NCBI GenBank assembly: GCA_963718915.1
Contig: CAVRAI010000003.1
Location: 840,001 to 872,000, forward strand
Direction: 5' to 3'
Source of the DNA: an uncultured Chloroflexia bacterium
GTDB taxonomy: Bacteria; Chloroflexota; Ktedonobacteria; Ktedonobacterales; JADMIN01
Length of the DNA stretch: 32,000 bases
Shown: piece by piece, positions 30,083 to 32,000 of the stretch
How the letters are laid out: every line of letters starts with the position of its first letter
How positions within the stretch are numbered: the first letter of the stretch is position 1
The notes under the pieces: generated by a model
What the model was told of the DNA's origin: nothing
Databases searched by the model: none
Seen by the model: only the letters and a program-made list of their open reading frames with translations
Made by a program: the position numbers and the translations under genes

Positions 30083-31321
30083 TTATCCTTCCCGCCCCTT
30101 CGTGACAACTTCTTCGGGCACGCGATGGAAGACGGCCCAGAGCGCCAGGTCGTAGGCGGCTTTGAGTCCGCCCGCCAGCAGCAGCGGCAACCCCAACACG
30201 ATCAGCGGCCCCTGAAGTAGCACGCCCGCGAGAATCGGGCTGGTGGCCGAGCCAGCGCTCCGGGCGAGTGAGGTGACGCTGGCCGCCGCCGTCCGCTCGG
30301 AGGGATCGACCAGCGCCATCGTGTACGCCTGGCGCGTCGGCACGTCGAGCTGCGAGAGACACTGCCGGACGAGCAACAGCGCTGCCGCCAGCGGGAACGT
30401 GGGCATCAGCGGAACCAGTATCAGCAGGATATTGCTTGGCAGATGGGTGAAGACCATCGTGTTGAGCAGCCCAAAGCGACGCGCCAGCCACGGCGCCGCC
30501 AGAAACGAGAGCGCCGAAAGCAAGTTGGCGCAGAAGAAGAGCGCTGCCAGCATTTCGAGATCGGCCCCAAAGCGCAGATGAAAGAAGAGCGCCAGCAACG
30601 TCTGCCCGATCAGCCCGCCCGCGAAGGCATCCACACTGAAGAGCGCCGCCAGCCGCGCCACGACACCGCGCGAGTGGGGCAACGGCGGTATCAGCCGACG
30701 CCAGAGGGCGCCCTGTTCCGGGAGCGCGCCGCCCTTCGCCTCGACGGCAGTGGAGAGGCGTGACGCCTGCCATGCAACCACCAACGCCGCCAGCGCATAC
30801 AGGCAGAAGGTGAGCGCAAGCAACGTGTCGAATGGCAGCCCTTTCTGCGCAAGTATCGCGGGCAGCCCGGCGATCAGCGCTCCGCATGCGCCCGCGACTG
30901 AGGCGACGAGATTGTAGCGCGCGAACAACGCGGTGCGTCCGGCGCCCGCTCCCTGCGAGCCAAGCATCGCCTGTTCGATGGGCAGAAACGGCGCGGTCTC
31001 CGAGCCTGAGACACCAAGCGTGCCGCCGAACGCCGCCAGCAAGAGCAGCGGATACCAGTGCAGGAAGCCGAAGATGAGGCCGGTGAGCGCCATCAGCAGC
31101 GCGAGCGCCACCAGCGTGCGCCGTCGTCCCCAGCGGTCGGCATGGTGGCCGATGACCAGCGTGCCCAGGAAGTCACCAACCAGCGAGATTGCCACCAGCG
31201 CGCCGATGGCGGCGGGCGAGAAACCGTCGCGGGTGAGCGCGATGGCCAGCACGACTGCCAGCAGCCCGTAGGCTCCCTGGCGCAGTCCGCGCATGAGAAT
31301 GATTCGCCGACTATCGCGCAT
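30083..31321 (-). CDS. MFS transporter
   Basis: 12 hydrophobic segments and MFS loop motif (HHADRWGRRRT). ATG at 31321 (MRDSRRIILM) is preceded by GAGGAAGGTGG and is preferred over 31447. Confidence 0.85.
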   Translation of the reverse strand: MRDSRRIILMRGLRQGAYGLLAVVLAIALTRDGFSPAAIGALVAISLVGDFLGTLVIGHHADRWGRRRTLVALALLMALTGLIFGFLHWYPLLLLAAFGGTLGVSGSETAPFLPIEQAMLGSQGAGAGRTALFARYNLVASVAGACGALIAGLPAILAQKGLPFDTLLALTFCLYALAALVVAWQASRLSTAVEAKGGALPEQGALWRRLIPPLPHSRGVVARLAALFSVDAFAGGLIGQTLLALFFHLRFGADLEMLAALFFCANLLSALSFLAAPWLARRFGLLNTMVFTHLPSNILLILVPLMPTFPLAAALLLVRQCLSQLDVPTRQAYTMALVDPSERTAAASVTSLARSAGSATSPILAGVLLQGPLIVLGLPLLLAGGLKAAYDLALWAVFHRVPEEVVTKGREG

Positions 31322-31440
31322 GAATCGCCACCTTCCTCGTCGTCGATAGCACTGCCCATGATACAGCAGTTTTCTGCATGCTGCGTTGATGTCGTGCCCA
31401 GTATAATCTCCAGGGGATTTGTGTAACTGGGGAGGACAGC

Positions 31441-32000
31441 TTGGCAATCATCGAGCGGGAGCAGCGAGATATCGCCGCGGCGACGGTCAGCGCGTCGGGC
31501 ATGGAAAAGCCATCAGTGACGCAGTCGCCAGGCGCGCGGCTCTGGCGCAATCGCGCGTTCAACATCTTTTGGGCGGGCCAGTCGCTCTCGGCGCTGGGCG
31601 ATGGCTTCGCGATGCTGGCGCTACCACTGCTCGTGTTTCAGGCGACCGGCTCGGTTGCGCAGATGGGGCTGGTGACGGGCGTGTTTGGCATCGGGCAGAT
31701 GGTCTCCGGCCTCGTCTCCGGCGTGATCGTCGACCGCGTGGATCGCCGCCGCCTGATGATTCTCTGTGACCTGCTGCGGCTCGTGCTCTACGGCTCGATT
31801 CCCGTGATTTGGCTGCTTATCGGCCCGCAACTCTGGCTGATCTATGTGGTGGTGCTCTTCGGCGCGATGCTGGGCATGACGTTCTCGATAGCCTACATGA
31901 CGGCGCTCGCCAATCTGGTTGACCGCGACCAGCTCACCGACGCCAACGCCCGTGTCAACGCGACACTCTCACTCGCGTTTGTCTTCGGCCCGGTGCTGGC
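31441..32000 (+). CDS. MFS transporter, 5' part (continues beyond window end)
   Basis: The frame is open from TTG 31441 (GGGGAGGA 4 nt upstream) or ATG 31501 to base 32000. Sequence: ...RLWRNRAFNIFWAGQSLSALGDGFAMLALPLLVF...DRVDRRRLM... Absent from the ORF track because there is no stop in the window. Confidence 0.8.
   Translation, partial: MAIIEREQRDIAAATVSASGMEKPSVTQSPGARLWRNRAFNIFWAGQSLSALGDGFAMLALPLLVFQATGSVAQMGLVTGVFGIGQMVSGLVSGVIVDRVDRRRLMILCDLLRLVLYGSIPVIWLLIGPQLWLIYVVVLFGAMLGMTFSIAYMTALANLVDRDQLTDANARVNATLSLAFVFGPVL

Noticed and set aside
31386-31407. A perfect TATAAT (31402-31407) in the divergent MFS intergenic region, considered as a promoter call.
   Set aside because: The only TTGA-like hexamer (TTGATG, 31386-31391) is 10 nt away, which is the wrong spacing. 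A lone -10 box is not enough to annotate.

Overview
High-GC bacterial chromosomal segment. My guess is Chloroflexota, Ktedonobacteria/Thermogemmatispora-like, which cannot be verified here. No rRNA, CRISPR array, integrase or transposase was recognised.

- **Left part (1-5.5 kb):** tRNA-Thr(CGU); a membrane Ser/Thr-kinase homologue that has lost both catalytic aspartates; an S51 peptidase; a prenyltransferase-repeat protein; an EamA transporter.
- **5.4-17.6 kb, apparent integration hotspot:** three neighbouring genes each carry a displaced direct-repeat copy of their own 3' end on the far side of an insert. These are EamA, tRNA-Glu(CUC) and an FAD oxidoreductase.
- **Largest insert (~8.9 kb, visibly lower GC):** a colinear nurA-herA-mre11-rad50-like cassette.
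  - The Rad50/SbcC-like ATPase has a hydrophobic hairpin and no CxxC zinc hook.
  - The Mre11-like gene is split across two frames.
  - The nurA/herA junction carries tandem SD+ATG repeats.
- **20-29.4 kb, second unusual cluster:**
  - an exported vWA protein with a block-polyampholyte cytoplasmic tail;
  - a 917-aa protein with canonical tubulin/FtsZ T3 and T4 (GGGTGSG) motifs;
  - a 650-bp hairpin-rich spacer;
  - a paralogue with a degenerate GTP-binding motif, a transmembrane (TM) hairpin and an N-terminal frame break;
  - a 4-TM protein.
- **Right end:** RRM RNA-binding protein and two divergent MFS transporters.

All calls come from hand translation and motif reading. No database search was possible.
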